From Pyrodictium abyssi (GTDB lineage: Archaea > Thermoproteota > Thermoprotei_A > Sulfolobales > Pyrodictiaceae): a DNA stretch of 32,000 bases. The notes under the pieces were generated by a model. That model saw nothing but the letters and a program-made list of their open reading frames with translations. It searched no databases and had not been told where the DNA came from. Positions 18,903-27,373 of this stretch are shown here, piece by piece (the stretch's first letter is position 1; each line of letters begins with the position of its first letter). Both the position numbers and the translations under genes were made by a program. The DNA is taken from assembly GCF_036323395.1 (NCBI RefSeq), contig NZ_AP028907.1, positions 540,001-572,000 of the forward strand, in the 5' to 3' direction.

Positions 18903-19105
18903 GCCCTTCTGGACACCTCTTCTGCTAGCTCGATGGCTTCCTCCATGGACAGCTTTGACTCCATTGCTATTATCTCTAGGAGGAGGAGCCGCCTGGCGGC
19001 CTCGGCGAGCTTCTCTGGCTCTACGCCTCGGCGCCTAGCGATCTCGACGACACTACGGGGCAGCGGCACGCTAACGGTTACAACGTGTTGTCCTCTTCTA
19101 GTCAA
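18872..19105 (-). CDS. Putative VapB-like antitoxin (second pair)
   Basis: 77 aa beginning VVTVSVPLPRSVVEIARRRGVEPEKLAEAARRLLLLEIIAMESKLS, overlapping the PIN ORF by about 31 nt. Confidence 0.75.
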   Translation of the reverse strand: MTRRGQHVVTVSVPLPRSVVEIARRRGVEPEKLAEAARRLLLLEIIAMESKLSMEEAIELAEEVSRRAWERIKETQQ

Positions 19106-19243
19106 AGTGAGCCACCCCTATACGGGCTAGAGGACGGCTCCCTAAATTAGCGTGGGCCTCTGGCTTATACCGGGCTTCTCGGGAGGGCTTGAGGTTATTC
19201 AGAGGCCCTTCGGCTTCCCCTGTGGCGGGGGCTGTCCCGGGCC

Positions 19244-20245
19244 TTGGCTGGTGGTAGGCTGTGTATCGAAGAGAGCCTTGTCACGCTGCTTCAGCCGATC
19301 TACCCCCGGCATACTAACCGGTATGGTACGCTGCATGGTGGGTGGCTTGCTGGCTGGATGCTTGAGGCCGGCGGCATGGCGTCTATGAGGGCTTCGCGGG
19401 GCTACACGGTGCTCGGGGCTATGGACTACCTGTTCATCCTTAGCCCGGGCAGGGTGGGCGAGAACCTCCACGTCTACGCCTGGGTCGTGGGCTCTACCCG
19501 GCGTACACTGGATGTGCTCGTCTACGCGGAGGCGCGGCCCCTGGGCGGGGGCGAGGCGCGGCCGGTGAGCGTGAGCCTCCAGACCTACGTCGCTGTAGAC
19601 GAGGGCGTGAGGCCGCGCGAGCACGGGGTGGAGGTCCAGCCGTGTAGCCTCGAGTCGGAGCCGCTAGTGGAGGTCCACCGGTACTGGCTCGAGGCGCGGA
19701 GGCCGCTGCTGGAGCAGAGGAGGCGGATAGCCGGGTCCACGGCGCCGCTCGACGCCGTGTACCGGAGGACTAGCTACTTCTTCGTCTCGCCGGAGGACAC
19801 TTTCACGATACCCACGGTGATGGATGCCTCCCGGCTCTTCTACCAGATAGACCAGATGGCGGCTGTCCCGGCCATAGAGTTTACGGGCGCGGCTATGGTG
19901 ACGGCTGGCTTCGACGCGGTGGTGTTCGCCTCGCCGGCCAGGGTCGGGGACCTGGTGAAGCTCGAGGCGGGGATAACCGGGGCGGGGAGGAGCAGCGTAG
20001 AGGTAGCGGTCCGTGTGGCTGCGCGCAACCCCCAGGCCGAGGACGTGGAGCGCACCGTGGCGCTGCTCTACGCGACAATGGTCGCGGTCGACGAGGAGGG
20101 CAGGCCCCGGCCGCTCCCACGCCGCCCGGTGCTCAGCGAGGAGAGGCTACGCGGGTACCTGGAGAGGCGCCGGCTCCGCGATGAGAGGCGCCGCGTAGCC
20201 CAGAGGATAGTGGAGCACGCTAGGCTGCTCGCCAGCGGGCGCTGA
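19244..20245 (+). CDS. Acyl-CoA thioesterase, double hotdog fold
   Basis: Two hotdog halves: PRHTNRYGTLHGGWLAGWMLEAGGMASMRAS...VLGAMDYLFILSPGRVGENLHVYAWV and ASRLFYQIDQMAAVPAIEFTGAAMVTAGFDAVVFASPARVGDLVKLEAGI. Confidence 0.82.
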   Translation: MAGGRLCIEESLVTLLQPIYPRHTNRYGTLHGGWLAGWMLEAGGMASMRASRGYTVLGAMDYLFILSPGRVGENLHVYAWVVGSTRRTLDVLVYAEARPLGGGEARPVSVSLQTYVAVDEGVRPREHGVEVQPCSLESEPLVEVHRYWLEARRPLLEQRRRIAGSTAPLDAVYRRTSYFFVSPEDTFTIPTVMDASRLFYQIDQMAAVPAIEFTGAAMVTAGFDAVVFASPARVGDLVKLEAGITGAGRSSVEVAVRVAARNPQAEDVERTVALLYATMVAVDEEGRPRPLPRRPVLSEERLRGYLERRRLRDERRRVAQRIVEHARLLASGR

Positions 20246-20248
20246 GCC

Positions 20249-21196
20249 ATGGCGCTCCAGGCGGTTGTTGTCGGGGGCTGTGGCGCGGTCGGCAGCGTCG
20301 CGGCGGCCGCGCTAGCGCTGGCCGGCGCAGACGCGGCTGTCGTGTCGAGGCGAGCCCGGGGCTGCCGCGCCGAGAGACTCGTAGCCGAGGGCCTGGGCGA
20401 GGCTGTTGTCCGGCTCTGCGGCTGGGACGCGGCACCAGCACTGAAGCCCGACGTGGTGGTCTACGCGACCAAGGCCTACGACCTAGAGGCCGCGGTACAG
20501 GCCTCGCTCGACGCCGGCTGGAGCCCCTCGCTGGCCGTCTCCATGCAGAACGGGCTGGGGAGCCTCGAGCTCCTAGAACAGGCCTACGGCCCGTCGAGGG
20601 CCGCGGCGGCGCTCGCGTTCTACGGGGCCCACAAGCTCCCCGGGGGCTGCGGGAGCCGCCTCGCCGGCCGGAGCCGCCGCGTGGTGGTCGGCTGCCGCCG
20701 GGCCCAGGGCGGGTGCAGTGCCCGGGCGCGGCTGCTGGCCGAGCTGCTCGCTGCTGGGGGCCTCGACGCCGAGCACGTGGCGGACGTGGAGCCGTACCGC
20801 TGGGCTAAGCTCGCGGTCAACGCGGCGGTCAACCCGGTGACGGTGCTCGCCTGGAGCCGGAACCGGGTGGTCGTGGAGAACCCGTGGGCCCGGGAGCTTG
20901 CCTCCATGCTCGCGGCCGAGGTGGGCCGGGTAGCCGGGACCGCGGGGGTGGAGCTGCCGGGTGACCCCGTCGAGGAGGCTCTCCGGGTGGCGGAGGCTAC
21001 GGGGGACAACTGCTCCTCCATGCTCCAGGACCTGGCCGCGGGGAGGCGGACCGAGATAGACTATATCAACGGCGCTGTCTGGAGAACCGGCGAGAGGCAC
21101 GGGGCTCCGGCCCCCGTGAACAGAGCCGTGTACAATGCCGTGAGGCTGCTAGAGCCATGGCTGGCCGGGAGAAGGTCACCGTGCGGCACGTACTGA
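20249..21196 (+). CDS. panE: Ketopantoate reductase (2-dehydropantoate 2-reductase)
   Basis: Rossmann start VVVGGCGAVGSVAAAALALAGADAAVVSR, SMQNGLGSLE, KLAVNAAVNPVTVLAWSRN. Overlaps panB. Confidence 0.88.
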   Translation: MALQAVVVGGCGAVGSVAAAALALAGADAAVVSRRARGCRAERLVAEGLGEAVVRLCGWDAAPALKPDVVVYATKAYDLEAAVQASLDAGWSPSLAVSMQNGLGSLELLEQAYGPSRAAAALAFYGAHKLPGGCGSRLAGRSRRVVVGCRRAQGGCSARARLLAELLAAGGLDAEHVADVEPYRWAKLAVNAAVNPVTVLAWSRNRVVVENPWARELASMLAAEVGRVAGTAGVELPGDPVEEALRVAEATGDNCSSMLQDLAAGRRTEIDYINGAVWRTGERHGAPAPVNRAVYNAVRLLEPWLAGRRSPCGTY

Positions 21197-22035
21197 AGGC
21201 CAAGAAGCGCGGCGAGAAGCTCGTAATGGTGACGGCCTACGACACGCCAACCGCCCGGCTCGCCGACGAGGCCGGCGTCGACATGATCCTCGTCGGCGAC
21301 TCGCTGGGCATGGTGGTGCTCGGGCTCCCCTCCACCCTCCAGGTCACCATGGAGGACATGGTCCGCCACACGGCCGCGGTGGCCCGGGCCCAGCCCCGAG
21401 CAATGATAGTCGGCGACATGCCGTTCATGAGCTACGAGGCCTCGGTCTCCGAGGCCGTGAGGAACGCCGGAAAGCTACTCGCAGCGGGCGCAGACGCGGT
21501 GAAGATAGAGGGCGGCAGCCTCTACACCGACGTGATAAAGGCGATGCGCCGCGCCGGGATCCCCGTGATGGCACACGTCGGCCTCACGCCGCAGAAGCAC
21601 AAGCTCCTCGGAGGCTACCGCCTAGTAGGCAAGACCGCGGAGGAGGCTCTAGAGGTCATACGCGACGCCGAGGAGGCAGCCGAGGCAGGCGCCTTCGCGG
21701 TGGTAGTCGAGTTCACAGCCTGGGAGGTGGCCAGGGAGATAACCCGGAGAATACCAGTACCCACCATCTGTATCGGCAGCGGCCCCTACTGCGACGGCCA
21801 GGTACTCGTCATCCACGACCTCCTAGGCCTAACCCCCAGCCCACCGCCCTTCGCCAAGCGCTACGCCGACCTAGCATCAATCATCCGCAGCGCAGTCGAG
21901 GCCTACGCACGCGAGGTACGGAGCGGCCAGTTCCCCTCCAGCGAGATGTACTGGGGCATGAAGAGCGGCGAGTACCAGCGCCTCCAGAAGCTACTAGGAA
22001 GCAGCGAGGACACCAAGGAGAGCCAGGACGGGTAA
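21157..22035 (+). CDS. panB: 3-methyl-2-oxobutanoate hydroxymethyltransferase
   Basis: VMVTAYDTPTARLADEAGVDMILVGDSLGMVVLGLPSTLQVTMEDMVRHTAAVARA; ADAVKIEGG; VMAHVGLTPQ; IGSGPYCDGQVLVIHDLLGL. Confidence 0.97.
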   Translation: MAGREKVTVRHVLKAKKRGEKLVMVTAYDTPTARLADEAGVDMILVGDSLGMVVLGLPSTLQVTMEDMVRHTAAVARAQPRAMIVGDMPFMSYEASVSEAVRNAGKLLAAGADAVKIEGGSLYTDVIKAMRRAGIPVMAHVGLTPQKHKLLGGYRLVGKTAEEALEVIRDAEEAAEAGAFAVVVEFTAWEVAREITRRIPVPTICIGSGPYCDGQVLVIHDLLGLTPSPPPFAKRYADLASIIRSAVEAYAREVRSGQFPSSEMYWGMKSGEYQRLQKLLGSSEDTKESQDG

Positions 22036-22148
22036 GCATAGGCCCCCGGGGTCGGCTTCGCTCCCCCTCCACACGGCCCGGGGGCTCGGCGAAGCCAAGC
22101 ACAATCCTCATCCCCCAGGGGCCCTGAGCAGCACCCTGTCAAGCCCAC

Positions 22149-22712
22149 GTGCCGGTCCACACCACCGCCGCCCGGCTGCACTATCAGCATGCTTTCTGCG
22201 CGCTCCGAGACGCCACGTGCTGCCCAGAGCCCCCGGAGGTGGTCCAGGCCATCAGCGACCTAGCCATGGCTATAGACGTTAGCGTGGGCAGCGCCAGGGC
22301 TATAGCCGTGGTCGCAGCCCGCGAGCACATCCTGAAGTCCAGGAGCTTCCAGAGAGCAACCACATGGGTTAAGCACTTCCGCGAACTAGGCTCAGACCGG
22401 AAGAGGACATACCTCGCAGCATTCCCCCGGAGATTCGAGAAAACCAAGACGCTCCTAGAACTCGCAAGAGTCTGCCTCAGCACGCGCTGCGCCCAAGACC
22501 TCGTAGACCGCTACAACCCGGTAGTAGTACTGGTAGACGACAAGCTCTACAACGCCATCAGCCACAGGAGGAAGATCGCCGAGAGCAGGGTAAGAGAGGC
22601 ACACCGGAGAATACTCATAGGCCTAGCTGACAGCCTAGCAAACTACGCCAGGGTGCTCCTAGAGAAGCAGCCGAGAAGGCTCAGAGGAGAGCTGCTGAGA
22701 CTCGAGAAGTAG
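22149..22712 (+). CDS. Hypothetical basic protein, family not recognised
   Basis: 187 aa ORF with protein-like composition in an otherwise sparsely coding interval. Start codon uncertain. Confidence 0.45.
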   Translation: MPVHTTAARLHYQHAFCALRDATCCPEPPEVVQAISDLAMAIDVSVGSARAIAVVAAREHILKSRSFQRATTWVKHFRELGSDRKRTYLAAFPRRFEKTKTLLELARVCLSTRCAQDLVDRYNPVVVLVDDKLYNAISHRRKIAESRVREAHRRILIGLADSLANYARVLLEKQPRRLRGELLRLEK

Positions 22713-22866
22713 GAAAGCAGGGACGCGCCGCCGCGTCACGGCAAAGCCCCGGGGTCATCCCCCAGCCGGTATCCCGGGGGGCCACTCCGCGGCGGACCCC
22801 GGCCCCGATAAGTGGGGAACGCTATGGCTCTAATTAAGCCTCACCCGCCAAGCCGAGAAGCAGTGA

Positions 22867-23571
22867 TTGAAGGAGGCGGTTCACGACAATCCCCCCGGGG
22901 CCCCTTCACCCCAGGGCTCTACATCCCCATGGAGTCCGGGGCTCGTGCTGGTGGCCGCGTCTGTCCTCGCGCTGTTCCTGGCTGCGGTACCGCTCGCCGC
23001 CTATGCGCAGGCTGCCCGGCTACTCGGGCTACTCGAGCAGCTGCGCCGCGGCCTAGAGGACGGCTCCATACGCCTGGAGGAGGTCTGCGGCCGCCCTCTA
23101 CCAGGCCTCGGTGGCCCAGGGGACGGGTATCTGTAGGCTCTTGGCGCCTCTGACTGTACATGGTCTAGGCTATGGTGCTCCGGTGTTCTTCTGCCTCTCC
23201 GCCGTGCGGTCTGTGCGTAGCCGCTTGAAGCCCAGCCCTACCTCGACGCGTGCATAGTAAATAACGAGGAGTACCCAGTCCGCGTGCACGTTGAGGATGC
23301 TAGAATCCTGCGTGGCTCGGATCTGGTAGCCGCGACGGGGATGGGCACCTCGTCCATAACCTTCAACATGCCGGCGAGGGTCCTCCAGCCCGGCGAGAAG
23401 CTATGCGGAGTGATAGCCTTCGGGCTCTGGGATAGCGGCTACATAGAAGGGACGAGTATCAAGCCAGGCACGTACACTGTCGAGGCCGATATACTGGTCG
23501 AGGTGATTGCAGAGGACGGCTACAAGGCGTCCTTCCAGGGGACGGTTAGGGCGAGGTACACTAAAAGATAG
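22867..23571 (+). pseudogene. Exported or membrane-anchored protein of unknown function split by at least two frameshifts
   Basis: N-part with TM segment (GLVLVAASVLALFLAAVPLAAYA); middle piece LLAPLTVHGLGYGAPVFFCLSAVRSV in another frame; C-part open from 23221 in the first frame: EAQPYLDACIVNNEEYPVRVHVEDARILRGSDLVAATGMG...VRARYTKR*. Confidence 0.55.
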
Positions 23572-23595
23572 AGGCGCCCTGGGGTACGCACCCCT

Positions 23596-24342
23596 TCAGC
23601 CCATTCGCTGCATGTACCGTATCCCGTGCGGGTCGTGCTCCTCTATGACCATCTTCTCCTCGGGTGTCAGCGGCTCCATCTCCTCTACGCTGCGGGGGAC
23701 TCGTATCTCCATCGCGGCGTTCTCTAGGACCTCCTCCACGGTGACGCCTGGGAGCAGCATCCGGAGCACTGGGCCGTCGCGGGTGTACTCTATGAGCGCC
23801 TTGTTCGTGCATAGTAGGTGCCGGTAGCCCTTCTCTACCCTAGGCCTGCCGGGCCCGGTTACGAAGTCGACGCGCTTAACGAGGACCCGTGGCTCGTGGC
23901 GTGCCCAGACTATTATCTTAGGTACCAAGGGGAACAGGTATGCGGTAGCCGCGCCGCCGGGGAGCTTGACCCGTGGCCGATCGTAGCCTCCTATGGCTGT
24001 TAGGTTTGTGTTGCCCTCCTCGTCCACCTGGGCTGCGCCGAAGAACATGGTTGTGAGCTTGCCCTTGGCTGCTAGGTCGAAGGCGTCTATGGTGGTTAGT
24101 ATCCCGACCGGGTCTGGCTCCGTGTAGGGGTCGCCGGTGCTGGGCGCTAGCCGGACCCTCTCGACCCGGGGCTCTAGGTGCTCGATGACGCTTGTCCAGG
24201 TGAAGTCTACCCCGTACACGCGGCGCGCGAGCACCATGGCTAGCACGGGTAGCGGGCTGGTGAGCCCGTGGTAGACCACGTCTCCCTGCTCTATGAGCCT
24301 GGCCATACACTTTATCATGTGGTCTGTGGGCCTCCCTGTCAC
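23596..24342 (-). CDS. CoA-transferase family I, beta-type subunit (glutaconate CoA-transferase-like)
   Basis: 248 aa; FTWTSVIEHLEP, FFGAAQVDEEGNTNLTAIGGYDRPRVKLPGGAATAYL, CTNKALIEY, PGVTVEEVLENA. 4-nt overlap with the upstream subunit. Confidence 0.85.
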   Translation of the reverse strand: MTGRPTDHMIKCMARLIEQGDVVYHGLTSPLPVLAMVLARRVYGVDFTWTSVIEHLEPRVERVRLAPSTGDPYTEPDPVGILTTIDAFDLAAKGKLTTMFFGAAQVDEEGNTNLTAIGGYDRPRVKLPGGAATAYLFPLVPKIIVWARHEPRVLVKRVDFVTGPGRPRVEKGYRHLLCTNKALIEYTRDGPVLRMLLPGVTVEEVLENAAMEIRVPRSVEEMEPLTPEEKMVIEEHDPHGIRYMQRMG

Positions 24343-25184
24343 CCCGAGCCACCCATGAGGCGCTTTAGGTTGGTCTTAACCCACTCCACGGCACGGCCGC
24401 TGCGGGCAGCCTCGACGTAGCCCCGGATGGCGTCGTAGTCTGCCTGGTAGAGGCCCGGCATAGCCGTGGGCCATGCGCCCCGGGGCGCGTGGACCACAGC
24501 CTCTACGTGGATGCTCGTGGCTGAGAGCTGGTGCATGAAGCCCCGTAGCTCCTCCGTGTCCACTATCCTCTCCGCCGATATTATGACGCGGCGCGCAGCG
24601 CGTATCTTCAGCTCGTCCTCAAACCGGGGGCCCTCTATCACGGCGTTGCCGTAAGGGTCGCTAGCGTGCACGTGTATGAGCGCGTAGTCGGGCTCTATAG
24701 CCCGGACTGCTACCAGCTCCTCGCCGGTCCAGGGGTCCCTTATCCGCCTCCATGTGCCCCAGCGCTCCTCGTGGAGCCTCAGGAGGTCGCTGCCGAGCAG
24801 CCCGCGGGCAGGCATGAACGGGACCCCCTGGGCCCCGGCGCGTAGACCAGCTATGACCGCGCCGCAGACGTCCTCGATGTACTCTATCTCCCCGCTCTCG
24901 GCTAGCCGGCGCACCGTAGGCGCGAGCCCGTAGAGCTCAAAGCTAGCCATAGCGGCTCTTACGCAGCGCAGGAGACCAGCCGCGGCCATCACGTCCAGCG
25001 CGAAGCCGGGCTCGCGGTCTACGACGCATAGGTCCCGGACGCCGCGCCTAACGAGCCCCGCTACGAGCGCCACCGGGTTACGGATGAAGGTCATCCCGCT
25101 GATCGTCACAGTGGAGCCGGGCTCTACGAGCTCAGCGGCGTAGTCGAGGTCCACCAGCCTGGGGCTGGGCACCCGCCGTGTCAC
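24339..25184 (-). CDS. CoA-transferase family I, alpha-type subunit (glutaconate CoA-transferase-like)
   Basis: 281 aa; VEPGSTVTISGMTFIRNPVALVAGLVRRGVRDLCVVDREPGFALDVMAAAGLLRCVRAAM, GAQGVPFMPARGLLGSDLL, DYALIHVHASDPYGNAVIEG. Confidence 0.85.
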   Translation of the reverse strand: MTRRVPSPRLVDLDYAAELVEPGSTVTISGMTFIRNPVALVAGLVRRGVRDLCVVDREPGFALDVMAAAGLLRCVRAAMASFELYGLAPTVRRLAESGEIEYIEDVCGAVIAGLRAGAQGVPFMPARGLLGSDLLRLHEERWGTWRRIRDPWTGEELVAVRAIEPDYALIHVHASDPYGNAVIEGPRFEDELKIRAARRVIISAERIVDTEELRGFMHQLSATSIHVEAVVHAPRGAWPTAMPGLYQADYDAIRGYVEAARSGRAVEWVKTNLKRLMGGSG

Positions 25185-27139
25185 CCCGCTACAGCCCGGT
25201 CCATTGCGGCGCGGAACTCCTCGACAGCACGGCGCACCTCCTCGACGCCTGCCTCGTCCTCGAGGGTGCTGAGGTCGCCGAGCGGCGCCCCGGTGAGCAC
25301 AGCGCGGAGTACACGGCGCAGTATCTTCCCAGTCCGGGTCTTCGGCAGCTTGTCCACCACGTAGACCCCCTTCAGCACCGCTATGGGGCCGTACTTCTTC
25401 CTCACCAGTCCTCTGACCTCCTCTGCTAGACGGGCCCGGTCCACCTGGACGTCCATCCTCGGCACCACGAAGACGGCGAGCACTGTCCCCCGGAGCTCGT
25501 CGGGCACACCAACCACGGCCGCCTCTGCTACGCTGGGGTGCTCTAGCACCGTGTTCTCTATCTCCGCTGGGCCGAGGCGGTGGCCAGCAACCTTCACCAC
25601 GTCGTCGGCCCTGCCGAGTATGTAGACGTAGCCGTCCTCGTCAACGTAGCCGTAGTCGCCGGTGTAGTAGTAGCCGGGGAACAGGCTCCAGTACGTCTTG
25701 ATGTACCGCTCCCGGTCGCCCCACACGCCGTAGGCGAAGGCGGGCGGCACCGGGGCCTTCACGACTATGTGCCCCTTCTCGCCCGGCGCGGCCTCGGAGC
25801 CGTCGTCGCGGAGCACGCGGAGGTCTATGCCCGGGTAGGGGAGCCCTACGCTCCCCCGCCGGTAGGCTATGCCGCCGACTAGGCCGTAGCCCCCGGGCGC
25901 GGTGATGAAGCCGCTGTTCTCGGTCTGGCCCCACGTCTCGACGACGTGGCAGCCTGGCCGGCGGCGGCAGACGTTCTCCACCAGCCAGCGCCACGGCTCC
26001 AGCCCTAGTATCTCCCCGGCGCTCACGATGAGCCTGAGGGTCTCCAGGCTGTAGCGGCGGGGCACCTCGTCGCCGTAGCGTATTAGCAGCCTTACGGCTG
26101 TCGGCGCGACCCACATCATGTCCACGCTGTAGGAGTCGACTATGTCCCACCAAACCCAGGGGCCCGGGTAGTCGGGCGCATCGCTGTACCAGACCACCGT
26201 GGAGCCGTTGAGCAGCGGCCCGTACGTGGCATAGGTGTGGCCGTTAATCCACCCTATGTCGACGGGTACGAAGAACACGTCGTTGTCCAGGAAGCCGAAG
26301 AGCCACCGGGTGTGCGCATACGCCCAGACCATGTACTGGCCGTGCAGGTGCACCATGCCCTTGGGCTTGCCTGTGGTGCCGCTCGTGTAGAGTATGAAGA
26401 GGGGCTCCTCAGACCGGACCATAACATGGTCAAGCCTTACGCGGCGCGGCAGCTTCTCGAGCTCCTCGTGGGCCCAGACGTCACGGCCAGGCTTCATCTC
26501 CACCTCGTTGCCCGCCACCCGGTGCACGACCACCTTCTCGACCCCACCGGCCTCCGCGGCAGCCTCGTCGACCACGGGCTTCAGTGGTATGACCTTGCCG
26601 CGCCTCGTCATGCCGTCCGCCGTCACCACTACCCTGGCCCCGGAGTCGCGGATCCTCTGGGCGAGCGCCGCGCTCCCAAACCCGCTGAACACGACCACGT
26701 GCACGGCTCCGAGCCTGGCTACAGCCAGCATAGTGTACATGGCCTCGGGGACAATAGGCATGTAGACTACTACCCTGTCGCCGCGCTTCACGCCGAGGCT
26801 CCGGAGCATCGCGGCGTAGCGGTTGACCTCGCGGAGGAGGTCACTGTAGCGGATTACGCGCTCTTCGCCCTCGCCTCCCCTCCACACGAGGGCGGCCTTG
26901 TTGCCGAGGCCCCTCTCGATGTTCCTCTCCAGTATGTTGTAGGTTATGTTGGTGACGCCGCCTACGAACCAGCGGTAGAACGGCGGGTCCGAGTCGTCTA
27001 GGGTAGTGTCCCAGCGCCGAGCCCAGTAGAGCTCGCGGGCTACTTTCTCCCAGAAGCCCTGGGGGTCGCGGAGGCTTTCCTCGACTATCCTCTTCTGCTG
27101 CTCTATGAGCTCTGCCTCGGGGAGGGCTACGGCCTCCAC
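25181..27139 (-). CDS. acs: Acetyl-CoA synthetase / acyl-CoA ligase (AMP-forming)
   Basis: 652 aa; ILYTSGTTGKPKGMVHLHGQYM (P-loop), DIGWINGHTY, ETWGQTENSGF, YYTGDYGYVDEDGYVYILGRADDVVKVAGHRLGPAEIE, PKTRTGKILRRVLR. Confidence 0.93.
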   Translation of the reverse strand: MEAVALPEAELIEQQKRIVEESLRDPQGFWEKVARELYWARRWDTTLDDSDPPFYRWFVGGVTNITYNILERNIERGLGNKAALVWRGGEGEERVIRYSDLLREVNRYAAMLRSLGVKRGDRVVVYMPIVPEAMYTMLAVARLGAVHVVVFSGFGSAALAQRIRDSGARVVVTADGMTRRGKVIPLKPVVDEAAAEAGGVEKVVVHRVAGNEVEMKPGRDVWAHEELEKLPRRVRLDHVMVRSEEPLFILYTSGTTGKPKGMVHLHGQYMVWAYAHTRWLFGFLDNDVFFVPVDIGWINGHTYATYGPLLNGSTVVWYSDAPDYPGPWVWWDIVDSYSVDMMWVAPTAVRLLIRYGDEVPRRYSLETLRLIVSAGEILGLEPWRWLVENVCRRRPGCHVVETWGQTENSGFITAPGGYGLVGGIAYRRGSVGLPYPGIDLRVLRDDGSEAAPGEKGHIVVKAPVPPAFAYGVWGDRERYIKTYWSLFPGYYYTGDYGYVDEDGYVYILGRADDVVKVAGHRLGPAEIENTVLEHPSVAEAAVVGVPDELRGTVLAVFVVPRMDVQVDRARLAEEVRGLVRKKYGPIAVLKGVYVVDKLPKTRTGKILRRVLRAVLTGAPLGDLSTLEDEAGVEEVRRAVEEFRAAMDRAVAG

Positions 27140-27373
27140 AGCATCTCACCATAGGGGCGTAGCCCCAGGGGTGGATAGTCCCCGGGGCTGCGCGGATACC
27201 GGGGTATGTAATTCCACGGCATTATACATAAAAAGACTATTGTACCTTATCTATCATAAACTAGTGTTAGGTAGTGTAAGACTGTGGACTACCTATGGGA
27301 GCACTGGCTCGGGCTATATGGAAAGGCGTTTTACCCGGCATGCAGCATCTCTTAGCACCGGTCTAGTGCCGCC

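Noticed and set aside
25641-26153. Additional minus-strand ORF inside acs in another frame
   Set aside because: Alternative-frame artefact of high-GC third positions, with no domain signature.
26237-27001. 254-aa plus-strand ORF overlapping acs
   Set aside because: Antisense shadow ORF with low-information H/P/R-rich composition. acs on the minus strand has full family motifs.
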